From the NCBI GenBank assembly GCA_041484665.1, contig JBGPIA010000001.1, positions 512,001 to 576,000 on the forward strand: a DNA stretch of 64,000 bases, in the 5' to 3' direction. The position numbers and the translations under genes were made by a program. The stretch comes from Candidatus Krumholzibacteriia bacterium. GTDB lineage: Bacteria; Krumholzibacteriota; Krumholzibacteriia; JAJRXK01. Under the pieces are notes generated by a model. It saw nothing but the letters and a program-made list of their open reading frames with translations. It did no database searches and was not told the DNA's origin. Shown here piece by piece: positions 1-9,592 of this stretch (position 1 is the stretch's first letter; the number at the start of each line of letters is the position of its first letter).

Positions 1-41
1 GCGCCCATGAGTACGACGCGGTCCAGTGCGCCACGTTTCAT
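1..41 (-). CDS. 5' end of a gene running off the left edge (MKRGALDRVVLMGA...)
   Basis: ATG at 41-39 overlaps the penicillin acylase stop (ATGA); frame open to the window edge. Confidence 0.4.
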   Translation of the reverse strand, partial: MKRGALDRVVLMG

Positions 42-2644
42 CGCGCGGCCTCCTGCTCGACGTGCGCGGGCGCCAGCACCAGCCGGCGGCTGCCGGCGGT
101 TGCATCCGCCAGCAGGGGGCGGTACTCCCCGCGCGCCCACAGCGTGAATTGGTCCCCGAACCAGCGGCTCAGCGGATGCTCCGACTGTCCGGTGCTGAGG
201 ATGAAGCGGCTGCGGCGCACGTCCCCCAGATCGACGATCACGCGCATCACGGGGATCGTATCCACCTCCAGGTCGCCCTCGTCCTGGGCAGCGTTCGCGC
301 ACGGGGCGTCCCGGTCGCCCGGCACGGCGAGTGGCCCCAGCTGCAGCCAGCGCCCCAGCCCCGGAATCCGCGCTAGGGGGTGCGCGATGGTAACCGTGTG
401 CACGCGGTCCCAGCGCCAGCGCTCCGCGCGCTCGCCGTAGCGCGCCCGCACGGCGCGCAACGCCCACTCCATCGCGCGCGCGAGGATATCGGCCAACGAC
501 TCCACCTGTGGCGTGCGCCGGTCGTCGATCCAGGCCCTCGCGTCGAGGCTGTCGTCGGGCGCGGCCAGGGGATGCTCCCCGAGGAGCCCCAGCACGCGCA
601 GCACGGCCCGCTCCAACGGGAGCGGATCGGCATCGAGGGCCCAACGCTCTGGCGGCCGCGCGGGCAGGGCATCGGGCCAGTCATCGCCGAAGATCTCCTC
701 TTGCAGCCGATCGATCAGGGCGCGGTAGAGGGTGGGCCGCGCGTCGCCCGCCATCGCGCCGTCCCAGCGCGCAAGCTGCTCCCACCACGAGCGGACCTCG
801 GGCGAGGCCGTTGCCGGCGCCGCCGTGCGCGCGAGCAGCTGGGCGAGCCGGCGCGCCGGCACGACGACCGGATCCAGCTGCACGGCAGCCATGCTCGGGA
901 CCTCCAACGGGCGCTGGGCGCGCAAGCGCTCTTCGATGCGCTCCGCGCGCCAAGGCAGCGGCCAGAAGGGCGCGATCCGGCGGCCGTCCTCCCCAAAGGC
1001 GACGCGGTGGTTCGCCGACACGACCGCTCCATCGGGAGACGGCAGTAAAAGCGGCCGCTCGGAGAACGGGGCCAACTCGGGCACCCCCCCCGGTCGGACG
1101 GCTCCGGCTACGGGCCAGGCGCCGCCTTCAGAGCGGGCGCGGCGCGGCCAGCGTCCCGCTGGCACGTAGCCCACGCGCCCGTCTGTGCCGAGCGTGTCGG
1201 CCAGGACGAAGCTCTGCCCAGGTCCGGCATAGCCGGAGAGCGCCGCGCGGGCCTGCTCCAGGGAGGTGGCTTCCTGCAGCCGCAGCATCGCCGCCAGCGT
1301 TCCGCCCCCGGCCTCCCGTACCCACCGCCGCGCGCAGGGCCTTTCGTAGCCGGGCAGTCGCAGCAGCGGCCCATTGGCGGTGCGGCGGACGCGCAGGGTG
1401 TCGGGGCGTTCGCGCCCACGCGCCGCGATGAGCTCCACGCGCTCCTGCACCGGCTCGAAGCCGTCGGGTCGCACGACGCGCGTCGAGTCGCCCGGGACGA
1501 ACTCCTCCTCCACATAGTCGATGGCATCGTCGTAGAGCGTGGTCAGGCCCCAGGCGAGCGCTCCGTTGGTGCCCACCACCATCAGCGGAGTACCGGGGAT
1601 GGCGAGGCCCGCGAGCGTGCGGTCCGGCAGTCGAAGCTCGAAGGCGTGGAACAGCACCGGCAGGGCGTGCGCCAGGTGCGTGTCGTTGCACAGCAGCGGG
1701 CGTCCGCTGCGGGTCCAGCGGCCGTCGACCGCCCAGGAGTTGCTGCCCACGGAGTGCTCGCGCGCCTCGCCTTCGAGGGCACCGATGCCGAGGGGACCCA
1801 CGCCGACCCGGGCCGTGCCGAGCCCGTCCACGCCGAGTCCGCCCGGGCCGACTCCGTGCACGCCGAGTCCTTCCGGGCCGACCCGGGCCGCGCCGACCCG
1901 CCCCACGCCCGGTCCAGCGGGCCGTGGGGCGGCGCGGGCCCCTGGCACCGCGCCGGCAGCGGATGAGGGTGCGGCGGGGTGCTCCTCGCGCACCACGATC
2001 GCGGGCGAGTCCTGCGGCTCGACATCCCGCATCCAGTCCGCGGCGCGGCGCCCCACCCGCGCGGCGGTGGCCACGCGCAGCCGCTCGTCGCCGTCGAGGC
2101 TGAGGCGATCGTCCATATAGATCACCAGCGCCGCCGAGTCGATCGGCCGCCAGGGCTGTGGCGCGCCCGCGCGCAGCAGCCGCAGCGCCCAGGGGGCGCC
2201 GCCCGCGCGCAGCTGCGCGTTGACGCCCTCGGCGTAGGCCGAGAGCAGAGACCGCTCATGGTCGTTGAGGGCCTCGATCTCGGACTGGCGGAAGCCGGCG
2301 AAGCCGAGCGTGCGCGAACGCCGGTCCAACGGCAGCAGCGCTGGGCCCAGCAGCTCCGCCAGGCGGCCCTCCACCAGGCGGCGCGCGAGGTCCATCTGGA
2401 AGAAGCGATCTTGGGCGTGGATGTAACCCATGGCGAAGGCTCCATCCTCCAGCGTCTCCGCCTGGATGCGCGGAACCCCGCCGGCATCGGTGACGATCGT
2501 CACGGGATGCTGCAGGCCGGCGACGGTGATGGTGCCCTGCTTGCGAGGGAGCGTCGAGCGCAGCCACAAGAGCGCTGCCGCCGCCGCGCCCGCGATGAGA
2601 AGCACGAGGACCAGCAGGGCGCGCAGCACCCGACGCCGGGTCAC
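38..2644 (-). CDS. Penicillin acylase family protein (peptidase S45, Ntn hydrolase), N-terminal membrane anchor
   Basis: GVPRI, GYIHAQDRFFQMDL, beta-chain start GSNSW, CNDTHL, GQSEHPLS..DQF; GTG at 2644 overlaps the DegT stop, AGGAG upstream. Confidence 0.9.
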   Translation of the reverse strand: MTRRRVLRALLVLVLLIAGAAAAALLWLRSTLPRKQGTITVAGLQHPVTIVTDAGGVPRIQAETLEDGAFAMGYIHAQDRFFQMDLARRLVEGRLAELLGPALLPLDRRSRTLGFAGFRQSEIEALNDHERSLLSAYAEGVNAQLRAGGAPWALRLLRAGAPQPWRPIDSAALVIYMDDRLSLDGDERLRVATAARVGRRAADWMRDVEPQDSPAIVVREEHPAAPSSAAGAVPGARAAPRPAGPGVGRVGAARVGPEGLGVHGVGPGGLGVDGLGTARVGVGPLGIGALEGEAREHSVGSNSWAVDGRWTRSGRPLLCNDTHLAHALPVLFHAFELRLPDRTLAGLAIPGTPLMVVGTNGALAWGLTTLYDDAIDYVEEEFVPGDSTRVVRPDGFEPVQERVELIAARGRERPDTLRVRRTANGPLLRLPGYERPCARRWVREAGGGTLAAMLRLQEATSLEQARAALSGYAGPGQSFVLADTLGTDGRVGYVPAGRWPRRARSEGGAWPVAGAVRPGGVPELAPFSERPLLLPSPDGAVVSANHRVAFGEDGRRIAPFWPLPWRAERIEERLRAQRPLEVPSMAAVQLDPVVVPARRLAQLLARTAAPATASPEVRSWWEQLARWDGAMAGDARPTLYRALIDRLQEEIFGDDWPDALPARPPERWALDADPLPLERAVLRVLGLLGEHPLAAPDDSLDARAWIDDRRTPQVESLADILARAMEWALRAVRARYGERAERWRWDRVHTVTIAHPLARIPGLGRWLQLGPLAVPGDRDAPCANAAQDEGDLEVDTIPVMRVIVDLGDVRRSRFILSTGQSEHPLSRWFGDQFTLWARGEYRPLLADATAGSRRLVLAPAHVEQEAAR
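1787..1906. repeat. Eight degenerate 15-bp units (GCCGA-N10) encoding G-x-x-x-[V/L] pentapeptides in the acylase spacer
   Basis: GCCGA at 1787, 1802, 1817, 1832, 1847, 1862, 1877 and 1892. Confidence 0.8.
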
Positions 2645-3774
2645 GCTCCTGCGGCCGCCCGCGCCAGCTCGGCCCACGAGAGCACGCTGGCGATGACCCG
2701 CTCCTGATCGTGCTGTGCCATGTAGGCGGAGAACGGCAGGGACACCACCGTCTGGCACAGCTCCTCCACGACTGGCGTCGGGGGGATGCGGCGCAGCACG
2801 CCCACGAGCGAGGGCTGCGTGTGGAGGGGACGGGGGTAGTGGATGGCTGTGGGCACGCCACTGGCTGTCAGGTGCTCCACCAGCCGGTCGCGCCGGCCCT
2901 TCGGCACGCGCACCGTGTACTGCGCGTACGTGCAGAAGCGTCCCGGGCGGATGCGCGGGGTGCTCACCGCACAGGCGAGCGCCGCGTCGTAGCGCTGCGC
3001 CGCCTCGCGGCGCAACTCGACCTCCTGCTCGAAGGACTCCAGCTTGACGAGCAGCGCCGCGGCCTGCAGGGCGTCGAGCCGGCTGTTGACCCCCAGGTGC
3101 AGATGGTAGTGGTGACCCGCCTGTCCGTGCTCGCGGTAGGAGCGCAGGCGTGCTGCCAGCTCGCCATCGCGCGTGAAGATCATGCCACCGTCGCCCAGCC
3201 CGCCCAGCGGCTTGCTGGGATAGAACGATGTGAATCCAGCCAGGCCGAAGGAGCAGCTCGGGCGGCCGTCCAGCTGGGCTCCGAAGGACTGGCAGGCATC
3301 CTCCAGCAACGCGACGCCGTAGTCGGAGGCGATGGCCTCGAGCGCGTGGAGGTCGGCGGGTTGGCCGAACAGGCTCACCGGGATGATCGCGCGCACGCGC
3401 GGTCCCATGGCGGCGCGCACGGCCTCCGGGCTCAGCGTGAAGGTCTCCGGATCGACGTCGACGCAGACCGGCGTGGCCCCGACCATGGTGACAGCCTCGG
3501 CGGTCGCCATGAAGGTGAAGTCGGGCAGCAGGACCTCGTCACCGGGCCCGATGCCCAGGGCCATCAGTAGGAGCTCTTCGGCGTCCGTCCCCGAGCCGCA
3601 TGCCACCGCGTGCTCGACCCCCACCAGGGCGGCCAGGCGGGACTGGAGCTCCTCCACCTTGGGACCGCCGATGAAGCGGCCGGACCGCACGACCTCGGCC
3701 AGGGCCGCCTCCAGCGCGGGCCCGTGCACGCGCATCTGCGCCTCGACGTCGACGAAGGGTACGGTTCGGCTCAA
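2641..3774 (-). CDS. DegT/DnrJ/EryC1/StrS PLP-dependent sugar aminotransferase
   Basis: VPFVD, GSGTDA, FTFMAT, EDACQS, SFYPSKPLG (PLP Lys), NSRLDALQAA; TTG start after AGGAG. Confidence 0.92.
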   Translation of the reverse strand: MSRTVPFVDVEAQMRVHGPALEAALAEVVRSGRFIGGPKVEELQSRLAALVGVEHAVACGSGTDAEELLLMALGIGPGDEVLLPDFTFMATAEAVTMVGATPVCVDVDPETFTLSPEAVRAAMGPRVRAIIPVSLFGQPADLHALEAIASDYGVALLEDACQSFGAQLDGRPSCSFGLAGFTSFYPSKPLGGLGDGGMIFTRDGELAARLRSYREHGQAGHHYHLHLGVNSRLDALQAAALLVKLESFEQEVELRREAAQRYDAALACAVSTPRIRPGRFCTYAQYTVRVPKGRRDRLVEHLTASGVPTAIHYPRPLHTQPSLVGVLRRIPPTPVVEELCQTVVSLPFSAYMAQHDQERVIASVLSWAELARAAAGA

Positions 3775-3994
3775 CGCTGGCTCCTGGGGAATGCGCCCGG
3801 CCCGCTGGCAGGTCTCTAGGTGCGCGGGGCTGGCTGTGGTAGTGTTGAGGTGCGCCTTCCGGCCCCCTCGCCGGCAGACACGGCCGCCAGGGTAGCACGA
3901 CCGAATCCTTTGAGCCAGCCATGCCCTCCCGGGAGAGGGGGCAGTGTGCTGGAACGCTCCACCGTCTCCCACACAGCATCGGGGTTCGGCAGCG

Positions 3995-4456
3995 ATGGAT
4001 CCGCATCCGGCAGGATACTGGACGACGAATCTCTACCGGGAAAAAGAGCACGCACCAAGGCCCGACGCGCCCTATTACGACCTCCGGCCGGACGATGCGC
4101 GGCGTTTCCGGGTCCTACGCGAGGCGCTCCTCGCGCTGGACGGGCTGCAGGAGAAAGTGCTCTACCTGGGAGCGGCGTGGAAGTGGGTGTGGGAGTATTC
4201 GGCGGACGGCCAGCCGCTGGTCTACCTCCATCCAATGCGTGGCAGTGTGAGCGCGACCCTGACCATCGGCCCCGAGGAGGAGTCCCAGCTGACAGGCAAC
4301 GGGCACGTGAGCTCGTACGTGCTGGCGGCGATCCGCCGCGGCGTCGTGGCGGGCCCGATGCGCTGGTGCTGGCTGGACCTCCCCGCCGACGGCGAGATCG
4401 ACGAGGTCATCACCGCGCTGCACTATCGCCGCGGATTCGCTCGCCGGGCGCGATAG
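3995..4456 (+). CDS. Hypothetical protein, DUF3788/YjbR-like fold
   Basis: Plausible globular 153-aa protein with WKWVWEY, LVYLHP and MRWCWLD. Confidence 0.6.
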   Translation: MDPHPAGYWTTNLYREKEHAPRPDAPYYDLRPDDARRFRVLREALLALDGLQEKVLYLGAAWKWVWEYSADGQPLVYLHPMRGSVSATLTIGPEEESQLTGNGHVSSYVLAAIRRGVVAGPMRWCWLDLPADGEIDEVITALHYRRGFARRAR

Positions 4457-4477
4457 GTTCCGCGCTGCGCGCAGGCC

Positions 4478-5035
4478 TCACGCGCGATAACGCCCGGGCT
4501 CCCACAGGACGTCCCGACGCCCCTGTTCGTTGGCCGCGCGCGCCATCACGAACAGCAGATCGCTCAGGCGGTTCAGGTAGCGCAGGACGTCATCACTCAC
4601 GACCTGGCCGCCGGAGAGCGCCACCGCGCGCCGCTCGGCACGGCGGCAGACAGCGCGCGCCAGGTGCAGCCAGCAGGCGAGCAAACTGCCGCCGGGCAAC
4701 ACGAAGCTGGAGAGCGACTGCAGCGGCGCGTTGATCTCCTCGATTGCCGCGTCCAGCGCAGCCACCTGCGCGGCCACGATGCGCAGCCCGCCGTCGGCGC
4801 CGGGCGTGGCAAGGTCGGCGCCGACATCGAAGAGATCGTTCTGGACGCGTCGCAGCAGCGCTTGCAGCGCAGCTGGCGGTCCCGCCTGCACCACCATCCC
4901 CAGCACGCAATTGAGCTCGTCCACCGCGCCGCAGACCTCGATGCGCGGGTCGTCCTTGCGCACGCGCGTGCCGTCTGCCAGCCCCGTGGTCCCGTCGTCG
5001 CCGGTGCGCGTCGTGATGCGGTTGAGCTTGACCAT
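4478..5035 (-). CDS. pduO: ATP:cob(I)alamin adenosyltransferase, PduO type
   Basis: ITTRTGDDGTTGL, RIEVCGAVDELN, FVLPGG, RAVCRRAER, YLNRLSDLLF. Confidence 0.93.
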   Translation of the reverse strand: MVKLNRITTRTGDDGTTGLADGTRVRKDDPRIEVCGAVDELNCVLGMVVQAGPPAALQALLRRVQNDLFDVGADLATPGADGGLRIVAAQVAALDAAIEEINAPLQSLSSFVLPGGSLLACWLHLARAVCRRAERRAVALSGGQVVSDDVLRYLNRLSDLLFVMARAANEQGRRDVLWEPGRYRA

Positions 5036-5120
5036 GGGTCCAGGGTAGCGCGGGGGCGGCCCGGTGGCTACCGCGCTGGCTTGCACCGTTGATCGGGGTC
5101 GCGGCGGCGCCCGGCGCGGT

Positions 5121-6191
5121 TCACGGCGCGCGGCGCGCGCGCAGCAGCAGCCCCAGGAACAGCGGCGCTCCGACCATCGCGGTGAGGATTCCCACGGGCA
5201 ACTCTGCACCGCGGCCAGCGATGGTCAGCTCGCGGGCCACGGCATCCATCAACACGAGAAATGCGCCGCCGGCCAGGAACGCGCACGGCAGCAGCCAGCG
5301 GTGGTCGGGGCCGGTGAAGCGGCGCACCGCGTGCGGTGCGATCAAGCCGACGAATCCGATCGGCCCAGTCACTCCCACGACGGCCGCTGTGACCATCGAG
5401 CCTGCGAAGAGCGCGATCTGCTGCGTGCGCGCGACCTCCACGCCGCGCGCGGCGGCGAGCTCCTCGCCAAAGGCGAGCTGGTTGAGCGCGCGTGCCTGCA
5501 GCAACAGCAGCGCCGCTCCGGGCAAGAGCAGCGCGGGCACCGGCACGAGCTCCCCCCACCCGCTCACCTGCAGCCCGCCCATCATCCAATGGTCCATCGC
5601 CCGCAGCCGCTGCGGGTCGGTGAGGAAGCGCGTCAGCAGGATGCAGGCGCCGAAAAAGAAATTTAGGGTCACCCCTGCCAGCAGCAGCTCGTGGGTGTCC
5701 AGGTGGTCTGGACGGCGCGCCAGCGCGTACAGGGCGGCGACGTCCAACGCACTGAAGACCCAGGCGAACAGCGCCACCGATCCGACGGGTCCCAGCGAGA
5801 ACGAGAGCGCAGGCACGCTCAACGCCAGGAACGCCCCGAATGCGCCGGCGAATGAGACACCCAGTGTATAGGGAGTCGCGAGCGCGTTGCGCAGCAGGGT
5901 CTGGAAGGTCGCTCCGGCCAGCGCCAAGCCGCCGCCCGCGAGCATTCCCAGAACGATGCGCGGCAGCCGCAGGGCGAGGATGCGCTCGGAAGTGCTCGTC
6001 TCCCCGCGCAGCAGCGCCGCCGCGGCGGCCGGCACGTCGATCCGCTCGCTGCCACACCACGGCGCCGCGGCCAGCGCAAGCACCGCCAGCAGCAAGCAAC
6101 CGGCCAACGCCAGGGGTCCGGAGGTCTTGCGCTGCGAGCGGCCCGCCGTCGTCTGCGCCGCTGTACCGGTCGAGCGCGTCGCGGCGGTCAC
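5121..6191 (-). CDS. Cobalamin/iron-chelate ABC permease (BtuC/FecCD family)
   Basis: LRLPR, LLRNALATPYTLGVS, GEELAAARGV, GPIGFVGLIAPH, ELPVGILTA. Confidence 0.9.
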   Translation of the reverse strand: MTAATRSTGTAAQTTAGRSQRKTSGPLALAGCLLLAVLALAAAPWCGSERIDVPAAAAALLRGETSTSERILALRLPRIVLGMLAGGGLALAGATFQTLLRNALATPYTLGVSFAGAFGAFLALSVPALSFSLGPVGSVALFAWVFSALDVAALYALARRPDHLDTHELLLAGVTLNFFFGACILLTRFLTDPQRLRAMDHWMMGGLQVSGWGELVPVPALLLPGAALLLLQARALNQLAFGEELAAARGVEVARTQQIALFAGSMVTAAVVGVTGPIGFVGLIAPHAVRRFTGPDHRWLLPCAFLAGGAFLVLMDAVARELTIAGRGAELPVGILTAMVGAPLFLGLLLRARRAP

Positions 6192-6994
6192 GGATGGGCG
6201 CTCCTCGCTGCAGCCGCGGGTGACGGCAGGACGGCCATCCCGCCGCCCTGCGGATGCTCGCCCACCCAGATGCCCGCGCCGTAGACGCGAGCCACGCGCG
6301 CGGCGCTGAGCACCTCCGCGGCCGATCCCGTGCACTCGACGCGGCCACGGTCCAACATCACGAGCCGCTGCGCGTAGGCCGCCGCGAGGTTGAGATCGTG
6401 GGTCGCGCACAGCACCGCGCGCCCGGCAAGGGCCAGCTCGCGCAACAGGCGCATCACAGCGACCTGGTGGTGCAGGTCGAGGGAGATGGTGGGCTCGTCC
6501 AGCAGGAACAGCCGGCCGCCCTGCGCCAGCGCTGCCGCGATCAGCACCCGCTGGCGCTCGCCTCCGCTGAGTTCGTCGAAGGAGCGCGTGGCCAGCGCGT
6601 CGACCTCGGTGCGCTCCATGGCAAGGGCGATGGCGGCGCGGTCGGCGGCAGAGAACGGGCTGAACGGACCGCGCAGGTGGGGATGGCGGCCCAGGGCGAT
6701 CACGTCGCGCACGCTGTGCCGGTAGAGCACCGGAACGCTCTGGGGCAGGAAGGCGACTGCGCGAGCCCGCTGCAGCCGCGGAAGCGCCTGCAAGCTGCGC
6801 CCGTCCCAGGTGGCCTGACCCGCCGTGGGATCGAGCAGCCCCGCCGCGATCCGCAGCAGCGTGCTCTTCCCCGAGCCGTTGGGGCCCAGCACGGCCACAA
6901 GCTCGCCTTGCTCCACGCGCAGCTCGACCTGATCCAGCACCGGATCGCCCGCGCGGTAGGCGAAGGAGACCGCGGAGAGCGCCAGACCGCTCAC
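6188..6994 (-). CDS. Cobalamin/iron-chelate ABC ATP-binding protein (BtuD/FecE-like)
   Basis: GPNGSGKST, LSGGERQR, LLDEPT, HDLNLA. Confidence 0.92.
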   Translation of the reverse strand: MSGLALSAVSFAYRAGDPVLDQVELRVEQGELVAVLGPNGSGKSTLLRIAAGLLDPTAGQATWDGRSLQALPRLQRARAVAFLPQSVPVLYRHSVRDVIALGRHPHLRGPFSPFSAADRAAIALAMERTEVDALATRSFDELSGGERQRVLIAAALAQGGRLFLLDEPTISLDLHHQVAVMRLLRELALAGRAVLCATHDLNLAAAYAQRLVMLDRGRVECTGSAAEVLSAARVARVYGAGIWVGEHPQGGGMAVLPSPAAAARSAHP

Positions 6995-8070
6995 GGCGTC
7001 CTCCCGCGGGCTGGCGTGGTGGCAGCCGCGCCGGCAGCCGCGCCAGCCGCTTCGCTCTCGGCCGTGTCGGGGACCGCGCTCGCCCCCCCGCTCGCAGGCC
7101 CACTTGGTGCGCCACCCGCGCAGTCACCCCCCACCTCAGACGAGAGGGGCGGCAGCACGGCCTGCGGGTGCAGCAGCTGGAAAAGGCGTGCCGCCGCGCA
7201 AGCCACGCGCGGTCCCGGGATCTCCGCGCCATCGAACGTGCAGATCTCGACACGTGCCGCGGGCAGCCCGCCGGCGCGCCAGATGCGCCGTGCGCGGGCG
7301 AGCGCCTGCTCATCCACGCGCTCGCCGGGCCGCAGCTCGATCACGACCTCCGGCGGGTCGGCAATCAGCCGCTCGAGCCCCAGCTCCAGGTAGCCGTGCG
7401 TCTGCTCCGCGCTGACGCTCGCACCGCCAGCGATGGCGACCAGATCGGTCAGGAACGCTCCCTTGCCCGCCGTCCAGATCGACGCCAGCCGTTGCGGATC
7501 GCGCCCGAGCACCAGGAGCGTGCGCGGGTGCGGCAGACCCATGGCAGCCCGGCCGATGGCGTCGAGATCGCCGCGGATGCGAGCGACCACCGCCGGAGCG
7601 TGCGGCGCCGCGCCGCCGCTCAGCAGCGAGTCGAGCGCTGCGAAGCCCGCGAGCACCGTCGCCAGGTCGGTGTCCATGGTGACCACGCCCAGACGAATCC
7701 CGTTGGCGCGCGCCAGGTCGCGCAGCTGGGGGCTCTCACCCTGCACCACCAGCAGGCCGGGCCGCAGCGCCAGGATCCGCTCGAGGTTGGGATCGACCAT
7801 CCCTCCCACGCGCGGGCGGCTCAGCAGGGAAGGCGGCCACACGGTGTAGTCGTCGATGGCGACGATGTTCGCTTCGAAGCCCAACGCCCAGGCCGCCTCG
7901 TTCAGATTGGGAGCGAAGAGGATGACGCGGGACGGCGCGCCCGCGGGTGCGCTGCGCTGTCCGCGTGCCGCGAGCCGGTGCATCCCCAGCGACGCGAGCA
8001 CGCCGGCCAACGCGATGGCCAGCACGGCCAGCGGGCCCGTCAGGCGGGTGATGGAGGCGCGTGGATGCAT
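6991..8070 (-). CDS. Helical-backbone substrate-binding protein (BtuF-like)
   Basis: RVILFAPNLNE, VGGMVDPNLERILALRP, IPGPR; N-terminal hydrophobic segment; start uncertain. Confidence 0.8.
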   Translation of the reverse strand: MHPRASITRLTGPLAVLAIALAGVLASLGMHRLAARGQRSAPAGAPSRVILFAPNLNEAAWALGFEANIVAIDDYTVWPPSLLSRPRVGGMVDPNLERILALRPGLLVVQGESPQLRDLARANGIRLGVVTMDTDLATVLAGFAALDSLLSGGAAPHAPAVVARIRGDLDAIGRAAMGLPHPRTLLVLGRDPQRLASIWTAGKGAFLTDLVAIAGGASVSAEQTHGYLELGLERLIADPPEVVIELRPGERVDEQALARARRIWRAGGLPAARVEICTFDGAEIPGPRVACAAARLFQLLHPQAVLPPLSSEVGGDCAGGAPSGPASGGASAVPDTAESEAAGAAAGAAATTPARGRTP

Positions 8071-8291
8071 CACCGTGCGGGTGCGGGCGGGCGGCGGGCG
8101 GCGGGGCGTCGTCCGCAACCCGTGCCTACGCTACCATGGATGTGGCGGCCTGCCCATCGGGGGCCGCCGGTGGGCGCGCGCCCGGGGGCGGGCCGCCCAC
8201 GATCGCGCTACCATGCTGGAGTCGCGTCCGTCCGCCCGTGCAGTCGCGCCGAGCGGACGCACTGCGCTCCACGCCAGGAGGTCGGCACGCT

Positions 8292-9488
8292 ATGCGTTGG
8301 GTCTCGGTGGTCAGTGATCGCCCGGAGCTCGCGGATTCGTTGGCGGAGGCCACCGCCGCCATTGCGAGGCAGCTGGGACCCGGCTCCCCCGACCTGCTGG
8401 TGGTGTTCGTGAGCCAGGAGCACCTGTTCCACTACGGCCAGGTGGTCCCGACCCTGCAGAAGAGCCTCGCGCCGGGCACGCTGATCGGCTGCTCGGCAGG
8501 CGGCGTGATCGGCGGCGGGCGGGAACTGGAGCGGACCCCGGGGATCACGCTGACGGCTGCAATGCTTCCCGGCGTGCAGCGGCGCCTGGTCCACCTCACG
8601 AATGAGGACCTGCCTCCCCTCGACGGCAGCCCGCGCGCCTGGGTCGATACGCTGGGGGTCGAACCCGGGGACAACCCCAGCTTCATCGTGCTGGCGGACC
8701 CGTTCTCGTGCGACGCGCGCACGTTGCTGTCGGGGCTCGACTTCGCCTACGGCCAGGCGGTGAAGGTCGGCGGGTTGGCCAGTGGAGCGCAATCTCCGGG
8801 TGGCAACGCGTTGTTCGCCGACCAGCGCACGCTACGCCAGGGGGCGCTGGTACTGGTGCTGACGGGCGACGTCGTCGTGGACGCCATCGTGGCGCAGGGG
8901 TGCAAGGCCATCGGCAGGTTGGGCCGCGTGACGCGCTGCGAGGGCCATGTGCTCCACGAGCTCGACGGTCGCCCGCCGCTCCTGGTGCTCCAGGAGACCT
9001 ACGAGCAGCTCGACGGACGTGACCAGGAGCTGGCGCGCACTGCTCTGTTCCTGGGGCTCTCGATGGACGAGTTGCGCGAGCACCCCGGGCCGGGCGACTT
9101 CCTGATCCGCAACGTCCTTGGCCTCGACCCGCAGACCGGCACGATCGCCGTCGCCGCCGAGTTGCGCCAGGGGCAGACCGTCCAGTTCCACGTGCGTGAC
9201 GGCGTGGCGGCGGCGCAAGACCTCAACGCCGTTCTCGGCCGCTATCGCGAGCGGCTACCCGATGTCAGTCCCCACGGTGCGCTGCTCTTCTCGTGCCTGG
9301 GGCGTGGCGAGCATCTTTACGGGGAGCCCGACCACGACAGCCGCGCGTTCGCACGTCGCATCGGCGACGTCGCCCTGGGCGGATTCTTCTGCAACGGCGA
9401 GATCGGACCCGTGGGAGAGACGACCTACCTGCACGGCTACACGAGCGCATTCGGTCTCTTCCGGCCGCGTTCGGGATCGCGCGCCTAG
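8292..9488 (+). CDS. FIST N/FIST C sensory-domain protein
   Basis: IGCSAGGVIG, GGLASG, VAQGCKAIG, FSCLGRG, GFFCNGEIGP..LHGYT; AGGAGG RBS. Confidence 0.92.
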   Translation: MRWVSVVSDRPELADSLAEATAAIARQLGPGSPDLLVVFVSQEHLFHYGQVVPTLQKSLAPGTLIGCSAGGVIGGGRELERTPGITLTAAMLPGVQRRLVHLTNEDLPPLDGSPRAWVDTLGVEPGDNPSFIVLADPFSCDARTLLSGLDFAYGQAVKVGGLASGAQSPGGNALFADQRTLRQGALVLVLTGDVVVDAIVAQGCKAIGRLGRVTRCEGHVLHELDGRPPLLVLQETYEQLDGRDQELARTALFLGLSMDELREHPGPGDFLIRNVLGLDPQTGTIAVAAELRQGQTVQFHVRDGVAAAQDLNAVLGRYRERLPDVSPHGALLFSCLGRGEHLYGEPDHDSRAFARRIGDVALGGFFCNGEIGPVGETTYLHGYTSAFGLFRPRSGSRA

Positions 9489-9551
9489 CAGCGCGTGGTC
9501 CGCAGCGCGTGGTCCGCAGCGCGTGGTCCGCAGCGCGTGGTCCGCAGCGCG
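9488..9551. repeat. Perfect 14-bp tandem repeat GCAGCGCGTGGTCC x4 plus a partial copy, between convergent genes
   Basis: Units at 9488, 9502, 9516 and 9530; partial GCAGCGCG at 9544. Confidence 0.95.
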
Positions 9552-9592
9552 CGTGGCAGCCCCCGACCGTCGAAGCGACGGGCAGCCCGCCG

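Noticed and set aside
9488..9551. CRISPR array
   Set aside because: 14-bp units are contiguous with no spacers, and no cas genes are present.
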